From positions 40,411 to 104,410 of the forward strand of contig LBTB01000002.1 of the NCBI GenBank assembly GCA_000989305.1: 64,000 nucleotides of DNA. The letters are read 5' to 3'. The notes beneath the pieces are model-generated. The model was given only the letters and a program-made list of their open reading frames with translations. It was not told the origin of the DNA and made no database searches. A program made the position numbers and the translations under genes. Numbering within the stretch: the stretch's first letter is position 1; the number at the start of each line of letters is the position of its first letter. Positions 9,766 through 18,702 of the stretch are shown piece after piece. This DNA is from Candidatus Shapirobacteria bacterium GW2011_GWF2_37_20. GTDB lineage: Bacteria > Patescibacteriota > Microgenomatia > UBA12405.

Positions 9766-11706
9766 ATGGATATCCCCTCTACCCTAGTAAAAAACAACCC
9801 CGTTCCGGTTAAAAAGAACCTACAGTTAAAACCAAATAAAAAACTTATTACCATACTATCGGTAATATTTGGAGTACTCATCTTAATAGCCATCTTTCTT
9901 TTTTTCTTTCTCTATCTTCCCGGAAAAGCCATTGTCAAAGAAATCGATACCACCAAAACCATTGCTCTTTCCTTACAACAATCAATCTCTGATAAGGATC
10001 TGGCTCAAAGTAAGATCAATTTATCCGCCATTAAACAACAACTAGCTGTAGTTGAAAGTAAATTCAAAAAACTTTCGTACTTAAAAATTGTTCCTTTCGC
10101 CAATAAATATTACCAAGACGGACAAAGTTTATTAAAGATTGGAAATGATGCTTTAGAAACCGGCGACATAGTTATTCAGGCTATTGAACCCTACCAGGAT
10201 TTCCTTGGTTTAAAAGGTGCCGCCACCAGTAGTGCCAAAACCACCGAAGACAGAATTTCATTTTTAACCGAATCAGTTGAAGGTTTATTGCCCCACTTCG
10301 ATTCCATCGATACCAAAGTAACAGAAATCGAAACTTTAATTAACCAAATTGATATTACCCGCTATCCTGAAAACTTTAGGGGTATAGCTCTCAGAACTGA
10401 TTTTAACCAGGCCAAGGAAGCCATCGGTCAGGCAAAAAAATTTATTAGTGACGGCAAACCAATTCTTGCCCAAACCTCATGGTTATTGGGCAAAGACAAA
10501 GCACGAAATTATTTAATTATATTTCAAAACGACGGCGAGCTTAGACCCAGTGGTGGTTTTTGGACTGCCTACACCACCATTAAAGTTGATAAAGGAAAAA
10601 TTATTCCCGGATCATCCAACAATATTTACGATTTAGATGACAAAATTTCCAGTACTACTCCCGCCCCACGACTCATCAAGTCCTACCATATTAACGTTCC
10701 CTATTTAAATCTCCGGGATAGCAATCTTTCTCCGGATTTTCCGACAGATGCTCAAATTTTTCTTGACGGTTACTACAAAGCCATGGGCAAAAGAACTCTC
10801 TTTGACGCCGTTATCGCCCTCGACACTAACGTTTTAGTTGATATCGTCAAGGTATTAGGAAAACTCGATACCACCGTGGGCACTTTTACCACCGACCCCG
10901 ATCCTCGCTGTAATGGTTGTCCAAAAATTATCTACGACCTTGAATGGATTGCTGGCCGACCCAGAAATTATATTGAATTAGACCGTAAAGGCTTTCTTGG
11001 GCCTCTGATGCACGCTCTTTTAGCCAACGCTATGGGTTCTGAAAAAACCAAAATGGCTCCTTTGGCTCAAGCCTTTTTCAACAATATTAACCAAAAGCAT
11101 ATTATGTTCTATTTTTCTGATCCGGAAGTTCAAAAAGCTGCTCAATCAGCAAACATCGCCGGACATATTGTTCAAACAGACAGCAACACTGATTATTTCC
11201 ATCTCAACGACGCTAATTTTGCCAGCGCTAAAAGTAATATCTTTATTACTCAAAAGATTAAACACGAAATTACCACTAAAGACGGTAATGTCGAACATAA
11301 GGTTTCTATCACTTACACCAACCCTGCTAAAGCCTCAAACTGTAACCTGGAAAAAGGTGATTTATGTTTAAACGCACCCACTTACAGAGATCTGTTTAGG
11401 TTCTACGTTCCTGTTGGTAGCCAACTAATTAAAATGACCGGTTCCGAGGTCGAACCAGTAGTTTATGAAGAACTAGGCAAACAGGTCTTTGAGGGTTTCT
11501 ACGGCAACAAATACCCCCTCTATGCCATGTCCAACACCAAAATCAGTATTCAATATCTCTCACCGGTAAAAGCCAGTAAAAATTACGTTCTCTATCTCCA
11601 AAAACAACCTGGTACCAAAGCAGTTGAATATGAAGTCGAGGTCAACGGAAGGGAAGTGGAAACATTTTCCTGGATTGCTGACAAGAGCCTCCGGCTCTCT
11701 CTCTGA
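9766..11706 (+). CDS. DUF4012-domain membrane-anchored protein
   Basis: N-terminal TM and coiled region; YLIIFQNDGELRPSGGF and LRDSNLSPDFP motifs; start ATG 9766 behind TAAAAT. Confidence 0.8.
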   Translation: MDIPSTLVKNNPVPVKKNLQLKPNKKLITILSVIFGVLILIAIFLFFFLYLPGKAIVKEIDTTKTIALSLQQSISDKDLAQSKINLSAIKQQLAVVESKFKKLSYLKIVPFANKYYQDGQSLLKIGNDALETGDIVIQAIEPYQDFLGLKGAATSSAKTTEDRISFLTESVEGLLPHFDSIDTKVTEIETLINQIDITRYPENFRGIALRTDFNQAKEAIGQAKKFISDGKPILAQTSWLLGKDKARNYLIIFQNDGELRPSGGFWTAYTTIKVDKGKIIPGSSNNIYDLDDKISSTTPAPRLIKSYHINVPYLNLRDSNLSPDFPTDAQIFLDGYYKAMGKRTLFDAVIALDTNVLVDIVKVLGKLDTTVGTFTTDPDPRCNGCPKIIYDLEWIAGRPRNYIELDRKGFLGPLMHALLANAMGSEKTKMAPLAQAFFNNINQKHIMFYFSDPEVQKAAQSANIAGHIVQTDSNTDYFHLNDANFASAKSNIFITQKIKHEITTKDGNVEHKVSITYTNPAKASNCNLEKGDLCLNAPTYRDLFRFYVPVGSQLIKMTGSEVEPVVYEELGKQVFEGFYGNKYPLYAMSNTKISIQYLSPVKASKNYVLYLQKQPGTKAVEYEVEVNGREVETFSWIADKSLRLSL

Positions 11707-12266
11707 TGCCAAAATTTATTACTACCACCGGCGTAGTTATCAACAAACAAAAACGGAAAGAAGGGGATTTGCTGACAACCATTTTTACCCCCAATTTGGG
11801 GAAAATAAATTGTATTGCCAAGGGAGCTCAATCTTTAAAGAGTCGACGTCTGGGTCACCTGGAAATTGGTACTTTAATCAAAGCCAGTTTATATGAAAAA
11901 AATTCATATTATTGGTTATCAGAAACAGAATCAATCTCCTCCTTTCTTCATACCTCATCTTCCTTAAGTCAAATTGCCTTGCTTTTTTATTTTTTAGAAA
12001 TAGTAAACACCCTTCTCCCTCTCGGACAAAAGGAACCCCAACTTTATCAAATAATTGTCAAAGCAATTGAAGCCATTAGTCTAAATCAGTTTTCACTATT
12101 TATTAAACAGGAAATTAGCTTTTTAGAAAAACTAGGCTATGGTATTCCCAAAGAAATCATTATTAGCTTTGAAAACAAAGACTATAAAAACACCCAACCA
12201 CTTATAAAAAGATTCTGTGAATCCATTATCGAAAAACAGCTCAAAAGCAGTACACTATTTCATTAA
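11706..12266 (+). CDS. recO: DNA repair protein RecO (short form, no Zn finger)
   Basis: TGVVI...EGDLLTTIFTPNLGKINCIAKGAQSLKSRR N-terminal OB fold. Confidence 0.85.
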   Translation: MPKFITTTGVVINKQKRKEGDLLTTIFTPNLGKINCIAKGAQSLKSRRLGHLEIGTLIKASLYEKNSYYWLSETESISSFLHTSSSLSQIALLFYFLEIVNTLLPLGQKEPQLYQIIVKAIEAISLNQFSLFIKQEISFLEKLGYGIPKEIIISFENKDYKNTQPLIKRFCESIIEKQLKSSTLFH

Positions 12267-12283
12267 TCAGCTATAATACTTAC

Positions 12284-13600
12284 ATGAGTAATGACCAAAA
12301 TGATCAAGTTGCCAAAATCGTTTCTCTTTGTAAACGTCGGGGAATAATTTTTCAAAACAGTGAAATTTATGGCGGGATTCAAGGTTTCTATGACTACGGA
12401 CCTATCGGTTCATTAATAAAAAACAATTGGAAATCACTTTGGCTGAAAAACAACGTTCAGCAACGACCTGACATGGTTTTAATTGACGGTTCCATTATTA
12501 CCCACCCCAAAGTTTGGGAAGCCTCTGGTCACGTTAAAAACTTCGCCGACACCATGGTTGAATGCAAATCCTGCCACAAACGTTTCCGTCCCGACCTTTT
12601 AAAAGATTCTTCTAAATGTCCCGAATGTGGTGGAAAGTTTACAAAAGGTCGTAAATACAACATTCTTTTTGAAACTGACATTGGTGTTATCGAGGGTGAA
12701 AAGACGCACACCTACCTTCGAGGTGAAGCTTGTCAAACAATTTATCTTGACTTCCAAAACATTGTCAATTCAAGCCGAGTCAAAATTCCTTTTGGTGTCG
12801 CTCAAATTGGTAAAGCCTTTAGAAATGAAATCACCCCCAAAAACTTTCTTTACCGCACCCGTGAATTCGAACAATGGGACATTCAATTCTTTACTAAAGA
12901 AGCAGAAATGGATAAATGGTATGAATATTGGAAGACTGAAAGAATGGCTTGGTACCAATCACTTTTTAATCAAAAAGATTCACTCCAATTCCGCCAACAC
13001 AAAAAGGACGAATTGGCTTTTTATGCCAAAAAAGCTTTCGATATTGAATATCAAACACCCTGGGGTTGGGCAGAAATGGAAGGCATCCACTGGCGAGGGG
13101 ATTATGATCTTAAGCAACACTCTGAATTTAGTCACGAAGACCTTTCCTACAACGATCCTTTAACCCATGAAAAATATTTACCCCATATTGTTGAATGTTC
13201 TGGTGGTGTCGACCGCTCATTATTCTTCTTATTGCTCGACGCTTATCAGGAACAAAAACTGGATAATGGTGAAACCAGAACCTACTTAAAAATTAACCCC
13301 AAAGTCTCAGCTTATAAATTAGCAATTTTCCCACTAGCTTCCAATAAACCAGAACTTGTTACCGCCGCCAATAAACTCTTTACCCACCTGTCTTCGAAAT
13401 ATTCTGTTGATTTTGACGATAGTAGTAATATTGGTAAAAAATATCGTCGTCAGGACGAAATTGGAACCCCTTGGTGTGCTGTTGTGGATTACCAAACTCT
13501 GGAAGATAATACCGTCACCATCCGTGACCGCGACACCATGTCTCAGGTTAGAGTTAAAATTGATGAAATTGACACTTGGTTACAAAAAAAGTTAAACTAA
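12284..13600 (+). CDS. glyS: Glycine--tRNA ligase, alpha2 type
   Basis: SLCKRRG, EIYGG, WEASGH, AQIGKAFRNEITP, REFEQ, IGKKYRRQDEIGTP. Confidence 0.95.
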   Translation: MSNDQNDQVAKIVSLCKRRGIIFQNSEIYGGIQGFYDYGPIGSLIKNNWKSLWLKNNVQQRPDMVLIDGSIITHPKVWEASGHVKNFADTMVECKSCHKRFRPDLLKDSSKCPECGGKFTKGRKYNILFETDIGVIEGEKTHTYLRGEACQTIYLDFQNIVNSSRVKIPFGVAQIGKAFRNEITPKNFLYRTREFEQWDIQFFTKEAEMDKWYEYWKTERMAWYQSLFNQKDSLQFRQHKKDELAFYAKKAFDIEYQTPWGWAEMEGIHWRGDYDLKQHSEFSHEDLSYNDPLTHEKYLPHIVECSGGVDRSLFFLLLDAYQEQKLDNGETRTYLKINPKVSAYKLAIFPLASNKPELVTAANKLFTHLSSKYSVDFDDSSNIGKKYRRQDEIGTPWCAVVDYQTLEDNTVTIRDRDTMSQVRVKIDEIDTWLQKKLN

Positions 13601-13603
13601 AAT

Positions 13604-14212
13604 ATGAAAAAATATATCGGCCTCATTCTCATTTCCGCCTTATTCCTGTCAGCTTGTGGTAAAAAAACTACCACCAATATTGCTCCGTCTCCCACACCCA
13701 AACTAGTTGAACTCGCCCCCGAAGACCGACCTACCATCTCCCTGACCCCCAGAAGCGATGGTCACGAGCTAAGTCTAAAACTAGCCTCAATTTCAAACAA
13801 AATTTCTAAAATTGAGTATGAACTAACTTATTTGGCCGTCGACGGTAACCTTGAAATTGAAAAAGGTGCCAGTGGAATTATTGAATCAAAGGATTTTTCT
13901 TCCCAAAAAGCCGAAAGAAAAATACTCTTAGGTACCGAAAGTTGTACTAGCGGCTGTAAATACAAATACGACACCGGGATTACGGGTGGAAGCATAAATC
14001 TAATTTTTACCACCACAAATGGTCAAATCTCAACCTTTGACAGTCCCTTCATCCTCAAAACAGTCGCCGAGGTTAAAAAAGCGGGTAAACTTGTCTGGAC
14101 CGAAGAAGATTTTACTTACACTCCGACCAAATATACCGGCATCAGTTACTTCATCGCCCACAAAGACTTTAAGAATGGTGGCTACATGGTCACCAATAGT
14201 GGCGCTTTTTAA
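13604..14212 (+). CDS. Hypothetical lipoprotein
   Basis: Signal peptide with lipobox LSAC followed by PSPTP linker. Confidence 0.75.
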   Translation: MKKYIGLILISALFLSACGKKTTTNIAPSPTPKLVELAPEDRPTISLTPRSDGHELSLKLASISNKISKIEYELTYLAVDGNLEIEKGASGIIESKDFSSQKAERKILLGTESCTSGCKYKYDTGITGGSINLIFTTTNGQISTFDSPFILKTVAEVKKAGKLVWTEEDFTYTPTKYTGISYFIAHKDFKNGGYMVTNSGAF

Positions 14213-15078
14213 TGAATTACCACCAACCTGTCCTCCTAAACGAAGTTGTCAACCTTCTTGATCCACAAGTCGGACAAACATTTCTTGATGCCACCTTGGG
14301 TCACGGGGGTCACAGTATTGAATTATTAAAAAAAGGCGCTACTGTTTATGCCCTGGACACTGATTCTGAAAATCAAAAAATTGCCACAGACAGAATCGAG
14401 ACACTGAAATTATCAAAAAATTTTCACCCCCTAACAGGCAACTTTTCCAACACGCTTTCCCTCTGGAAAAAACACATCAAAAAACCTCTTGACGGTATTT
14501 TGCTTGACCTTGGCCTAAGTGTTAACCAACAGTCAGGGCAGGGGAGAGGATTTTCCTTTCACGATACTCTTTCTCTTGATATGCGGCTAAATCCTAAAAC
14601 CCAAAAACTAACTGCCGAAGAAATAATCAACACCTGGGACAAAGAACAACTTTACGAACTCTTTACCAAACTCGCCCAGGAAAAGTTGGCCAAACCCTTA
14701 ATTTTTGAAATTATTAGGGCCCGACAAATTCATCCGATAAAAAGCGGTAAAGAGCTTGGCAATATTATCGAAAATTATTATCAAAAAAAACACTATTCAA
14801 CCCGCCACAATCCTGCCACCAAAATATTCTTAGCTCTCCGCATTGCCGTCAATCACGAATTTGATAACTTAAAAAAAATCCTAGAATTAAGTTTAAAAAT
14901 CACTAAAACTGGTGGCGGGATCGCCGTCATTTCTTTTCATTCCGGAGAAGACCGCATCGTCAAACAATTTATAATAAAAAATAATCTTAGTTCACAAAAA
15001 ATTCTCCCAACCCATACTGAAGTTAAAAAAAACCCTCTTTCTCGCTCGGCTATTCTTAGATTTTACAAAAATAATTAA
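14212..15078 (+). CDS. rsmH: 16S rRNA m4C1402 methyltransferase
   Basis: HQPVLLNE, DATLGHGGHS, DLGLS, LDMR, ISFHSGEDRIVK, NPLSRSA. Confidence 0.95.
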   Translation: MNYHQPVLLNEVVNLLDPQVGQTFLDATLGHGGHSIELLKKGATVYALDTDSENQKIATDRIETLKLSKNFHPLTGNFSNTLSLWKKHIKKPLDGILLDLGLSVNQQSGQGRGFSFHDTLSLDMRLNPKTQKLTAEEIINTWDKEQLYELFTKLAQEKLAKPLIFEIIRARQIHPIKSGKELGNIIENYYQKKHYSTRHNPATKIFLALRIAVNHEFDNLKKILELSLKITKTGGGIAVISFHSGEDRIVKQFIIKNNLSSQKILPTHTEVKKNPLSRSAILRFYKNN

Positions 15079-15284
15079 TGTCAAACCGGATATTATTAGC
15101 AATTGCCCTGGGACTTCTTTTTTTTCAGTTATCATTTTCCGTTTATTATTCCGGAAAAATCGTTGAATACAATCAAAAATATTCTCAACTTGAAAAAATC
15201 TATGCCGAATTAAAAAATGAAAATCAAAACTTAGAAATAGAATTTGCCAATAAATTCGCCATCAATGGAAACAAATCGCCCTAA
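15078..15284 (+). CDS. ftsL: FtsL-like cell division protein
   Basis: 68 aa, one TM plus leucine heptad coiled coil, located between rsmH and the PBP. Confidence 0.6.
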   Translation: MSNRILLAIALGLLFFQLSFSVYYSGKIVEYNQKYSQLEKIYAELKNENQNLEIEFANKFAINGNKSP

Positions 15285-16836
15285 AATTATTCTGGTAACC
15301 ATCTATCTTTGCTTCATTTTTATTCTAGCCAAATTATTTTATTGGCAAATCATTAAGGGTCAGGAGTTACGCGACAGGGCAGTTTCTCAAATCTATAAAC
15401 TTGAAAAAATCCTTCCCCAACAAGGTCGTATTTTAAGCTCTGACGGCTATCCTCTTAGCCTTGATTATTCCTATTACGGTCTAGCCCTTTATAAACCAAA
15501 TTTTAAAAAAGAATTAACTGAAATAATTTCTGAGATAAACACCATTAAACCTCAATTTGCTACTGAAAATGCCAAAGCTTTGGACAAATTCAACAATCCT
15601 GCTCAAAAATGGATGGAATTTACCACCCAGTTTAATCGTGATGAAATGCTTAAATTGTCAAAAATTGCCGGCACCGATTTCACCTTAAAACAAAAACGAT
15701 ATTATCCAGAAAATGATTTAGCCTATCACCTAGTTTCTAATTTAGAAAAATATTATCGCCGCCAAATTTTTGGACAAATTGGTTTCACCCGTACTATTAT
15801 TGACGGCACTGGAGGCAATTTACTTACCCGAAAAAACTGGCAAAAAAGTGAAATCGACGGTCAGGATATTCACAGTTCTCTAAATCGACAAATCCAGCTA
15901 TTATCTGAAAATTCTCTCAAATATGGAGTCGAAAAATATCAAGCTGATTCTGCTTCTTTAATTATCATTAGACCGGAAAATGGAGAAATTATTGCCATGG
16001 CCAGTTTTGAAGCCAGCCCCTCAGCCCAATCCACAAAAATACCAAACATCGCCAACCTCTTTGAGCCAGGGTCAATCTTTAAACCGCTAATAGTGTCTGC
16101 CGCCCTCGACTCCAACAGTATCAATCAAAATTATATTTGCCCAAAATGTAATCAACCTAGAGTAATTGGTCAATACACTATTAATAACTGGAACGACGAA
16201 TTTCATCCGGATTCTACCCTTAAAGATATCATCAAAAACTCAGACAATATTGGTATGAGCTATATTATTTACGAACTGGGTCTTGATAAATTCTTAGACT
16301 ATTTTCATCGACTTAAACTTGATCAAAAAACCGGCGTTGAACTGACCGGAGAATCAATTTCGCCTCCCAAAAGCTATTGGTCAGACATCGATCTGGCCAC
16401 CGCTTCTTTTGGACAGGGTTTAGCTGTAAACCAACTTCAAATGATTCAAGCCTTCAACGCTATTGCCAATAATGGCCAATTGGTTAAGGTTCATTTCAAT
16501 CAACAAAACCAAATTGAATCAAGTCAGGTCTTTAGTCCCCAAAGCATTGCCATAATAAAAGACATTCTCCGGTACGCCGTCGACAATAGCCCTGTCGCCG
16601 CCTTAAAACCAAAAGAAATGGAAGTTTGTGCCAAAAGTGGCACAGCTCAGGTTGCCATTAAAGGCGAATACACCAACTCCGACACTATTGGCTCATATAT
16701 AGGCTTTTACCCCTGTATTAATCCCAAATTTACCATGATTGTCACTGTCAACAATCCCCGCTTGTCACAATGGGGTTCGTCCACCGCCGCCCCAATCTGG
16801 TTTGAATTAGCTCAAAATTTGGAGCCCTTGCTATAA
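15265..16836 (+). CDS. ftsI: Class B penicillin-binding protein (FtsI-like)
   Basis: TM anchor; SxxK (GSIFK), SxN (SDN), KSGTAQ; dcw position. Confidence 0.85.
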   Translation: METNRPKIILVTIYLCFIFILAKLFYWQIIKGQELRDRAVSQIYKLEKILPQQGRILSSDGYPLSLDYSYYGLALYKPNFKKELTEIISEINTIKPQFATENAKALDKFNNPAQKWMEFTTQFNRDEMLKLSKIAGTDFTLKQKRYYPENDLAYHLVSNLEKYYRRQIFGQIGFTRTIIDGTGGNLLTRKNWQKSEIDGQDIHSSLNRQIQLLSENSLKYGVEKYQADSASLIIIRPENGEIIAMASFEASPSAQSTKIPNIANLFEPGSIFKPLIVSAALDSNSINQNYICPKCNQPRVIGQYTINNWNDEFHPDSTLKDIIKNSDNIGMSYIIYELGLDKFLDYFHRLKLDQKTGVELTGESISPPKSYWSDIDLATASFGQGLAVNQLQMIQAFNAIANNGQLVKVHFNQQNQIESSQVFSPQSIAIIKDILRYAVDNSPVAALKPKEMEVCAKSGTAQVAIKGEYTNSDTIGSYIGFYPCINPKFTMIVTVNNPRLSQWGSSTAAPIWFELAQNLEPLL

Positions 16837-16851
16837 TTAAACATTCTATCT

Positions 16852-18105
16852 ATGATTCGCAAATTAAAAAATCTTTTATGGCACCTCCCACGAGGAATTT
16901 TTTGGAATCTATACTTTTCTTTCCCTAGTCGAAAATTAACCCTTATTGGCGTTACTGGTACGGACGGAAAAACAACCTGTTGTACTCTAATTCAAAAGCT
17001 TCTGGAAAATAGCGGTATCAAATGTGGCATTATCAGTACCATTAGTTCTCCCGGCCTACACACCACCAGTCCTGATCCAAAAATTCTTCAAAAAATATTT
17101 GACGATTACCAAAAACAAGGCTATACCCATGTCGTTTGCGAAGTTACCTCACACGCCCTGGACCAACATCGCTTCTGGGGTTGTCATTTTAAAAGTAGTT
17201 TAATTACCAATATTTCCCATGAGCATCTTGATTATCACAAAAATATAGACGCCTACATTGCCGCAAAGGCAAAATTATTTTCTCAATCCGATCTGGCCAT
17301 TCTCAATCGCGACGATCCTCATTATTTGGCCTTAAAAAAGCTGGTTAAAGTTCCCGTGACTACCTACGGCATTAAAAATAAATCTGATTTTACGGCCAAA
17401 AACATAAAAATTACTTCAGACTCTCTAAGTTTTAATATCAACCAACAAAAATTTGTCAGCGACAGTAACTATGAATATCAAATTTACAACATTCTTGCCT
17501 GTTACTCCATCTTTATTAAACTTAAACTCGACCCAAAAATATTTTCCGACACCATTACCAATTTCCCCGAAACTAAAGGACGACGCGAAATTATTGAAAA
17601 CAATCTTCACCTAAAAACCATCGTTGACTTTGCCCACACTCCAAACGCACTTTTTGTTACTCTCTCATCACTACGTCGGACCACTCAAGGAAAACTAATA
17701 GTTATCTTTGGTGCCACCGGTGGCCGGGATAAAACAAAAAGACCAATAATGGGAAAAAATGTCTCCCAATTGGCTGATGTTGCCATAATTACCGCCGACG
17801 ATACTAGAAATGAAAAAATCGAAGATATTAATCAGCAAATAATTTCCGGAATAGATCCTGGCAAATCTATTTTAGGCAACCCTTTAAATCCAGTTATTAC
17901 CAAAGCCCGCCGCTTTCATTATTTCAATGTTCCCAATCGACAAGATGCCTTTAACTTGGCCGTCAAAATCGCCAAAGCCGGTGATACCATCGTTGCTTGC
18001 GGAAAAGGTCACGAGACCTCTATTCTACACGAGAGCACTGAATATCCCTGGTCAGAAGCCGAAGCCTTTAGAACTGCTTTTCGCCTAAAAAACCAAAATG
18101 TATAA
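16852..18105 (+). CDS. murE: MurE-type Mur ligase (short N-terminus; DDTR specificity motif)
   Basis: GVTGTDGKTT, HTTSP, EVTSHALDQ, HEHLDYH, DFAHTP, GGRDKTKRPIMG, GKGHE. Confidence 0.9.
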   Translation: MIRKLKNLLWHLPRGIFWNLYFSFPSRKLTLIGVTGTDGKTTCCTLIQKLLENSGIKCGIISTISSPGLHTTSPDPKILQKIFDDYQKQGYTHVVCEVTSHALDQHRFWGCHFKSSLITNISHEHLDYHKNIDAYIAAKAKLFSQSDLAILNRDDPHYLALKKLVKVPVTTYGIKNKSDFTAKNIKITSDSLSFNINQQKFVSDSNYEYQIYNILACYSIFIKLKLDPKIFSDTITNFPETKGRREIIENNLHLKTIVDFAHTPNALFVTLSSLRRTTQGKLIVIFGATGGRDKTKRPIMGKNVSQLADVAIITADDTRNEKIEDINQQIISGIDPGKSILGNPLNPVITKARRFHYFNVPNRQDAFNLAVKIAKAGDTIVACGKGHETSILHESTEYPWSEAEAFRTAFRLKNQNV

Positions 18106-18697
18106 TCTAAAAAATAATTTGTCAATTGAAGAAAACTATTTGCAGGGTTATCTTCCCCAAAGAAATTCCCAAGACTCCTTTTATCAAGACGAAAACCATT
18201 CTTCTCGTTGTGATCTAAGCTTATTCCAATTATCTTCAGAGAACAGACGTATCATTAAAAAGACTGAAAATTTCACTTTTACCAAACTTCTTCTTTCAGA
18301 ATTTAACTACACCCCTCTTATTCAAAAACAAATTGTAGACTGGGTCAAAGAATTAGGATGGGATTTTCCAACCTCATCAATAAAAACCGTATTTACCAAT
18401 CATATTTTTAACTATCTATATATATGGTATGACCAAAACAAAGAAATTTGTGCCTACTCAATTTGTTATATTAATGAAAATTTTTCCCACATAGCCTATG
18501 TTTTTTATAATCCCAAATATACCCACAACGATTTGCCCATCCGACTTTCCCTGCAAGTAGTTACCGATAGTAACGACATGAAACTTAAATACTGTTATTT
18601 AGGCCGCTTTAACCCCAGTAATAAGCTTGGTTTTTATAAAAGAAACTTTCCGGGCTTCCAATATTTTACTCAGGGGACTTGGTTATCATATAATTAA
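18098..18697 (+). CDS. ATE/Bpt-like aminoacyl-tRNA-dependent transferase (GNAT fold)
   Basis: SRCDLSLFQLSSENRRIIKK, AYVFYNPKY, YCYLG, FYKRNF resemble the arginyl-tRNA-protein transferase C-terminal domain. Confidence 0.65.
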   Translation: MYNLKNNLSIEENYLQGYLPQRNSQDSFYQDENHSSRCDLSLFQLSSENRRIIKKTENFTFTKLLLSEFNYTPLIQKQIVDWVKELGWDFPTSSIKTVFTNHIFNYLYIWYDQNKEICAYSICYINENFSHIAYVFYNPKYTHNDLPIRLSLQVVTDSNDMKLKYCYLGRFNPSNKLGFYKRNFPGFQYFTQGTWLSYN

Positions 18698-18702
18698 CAA
18701 AT

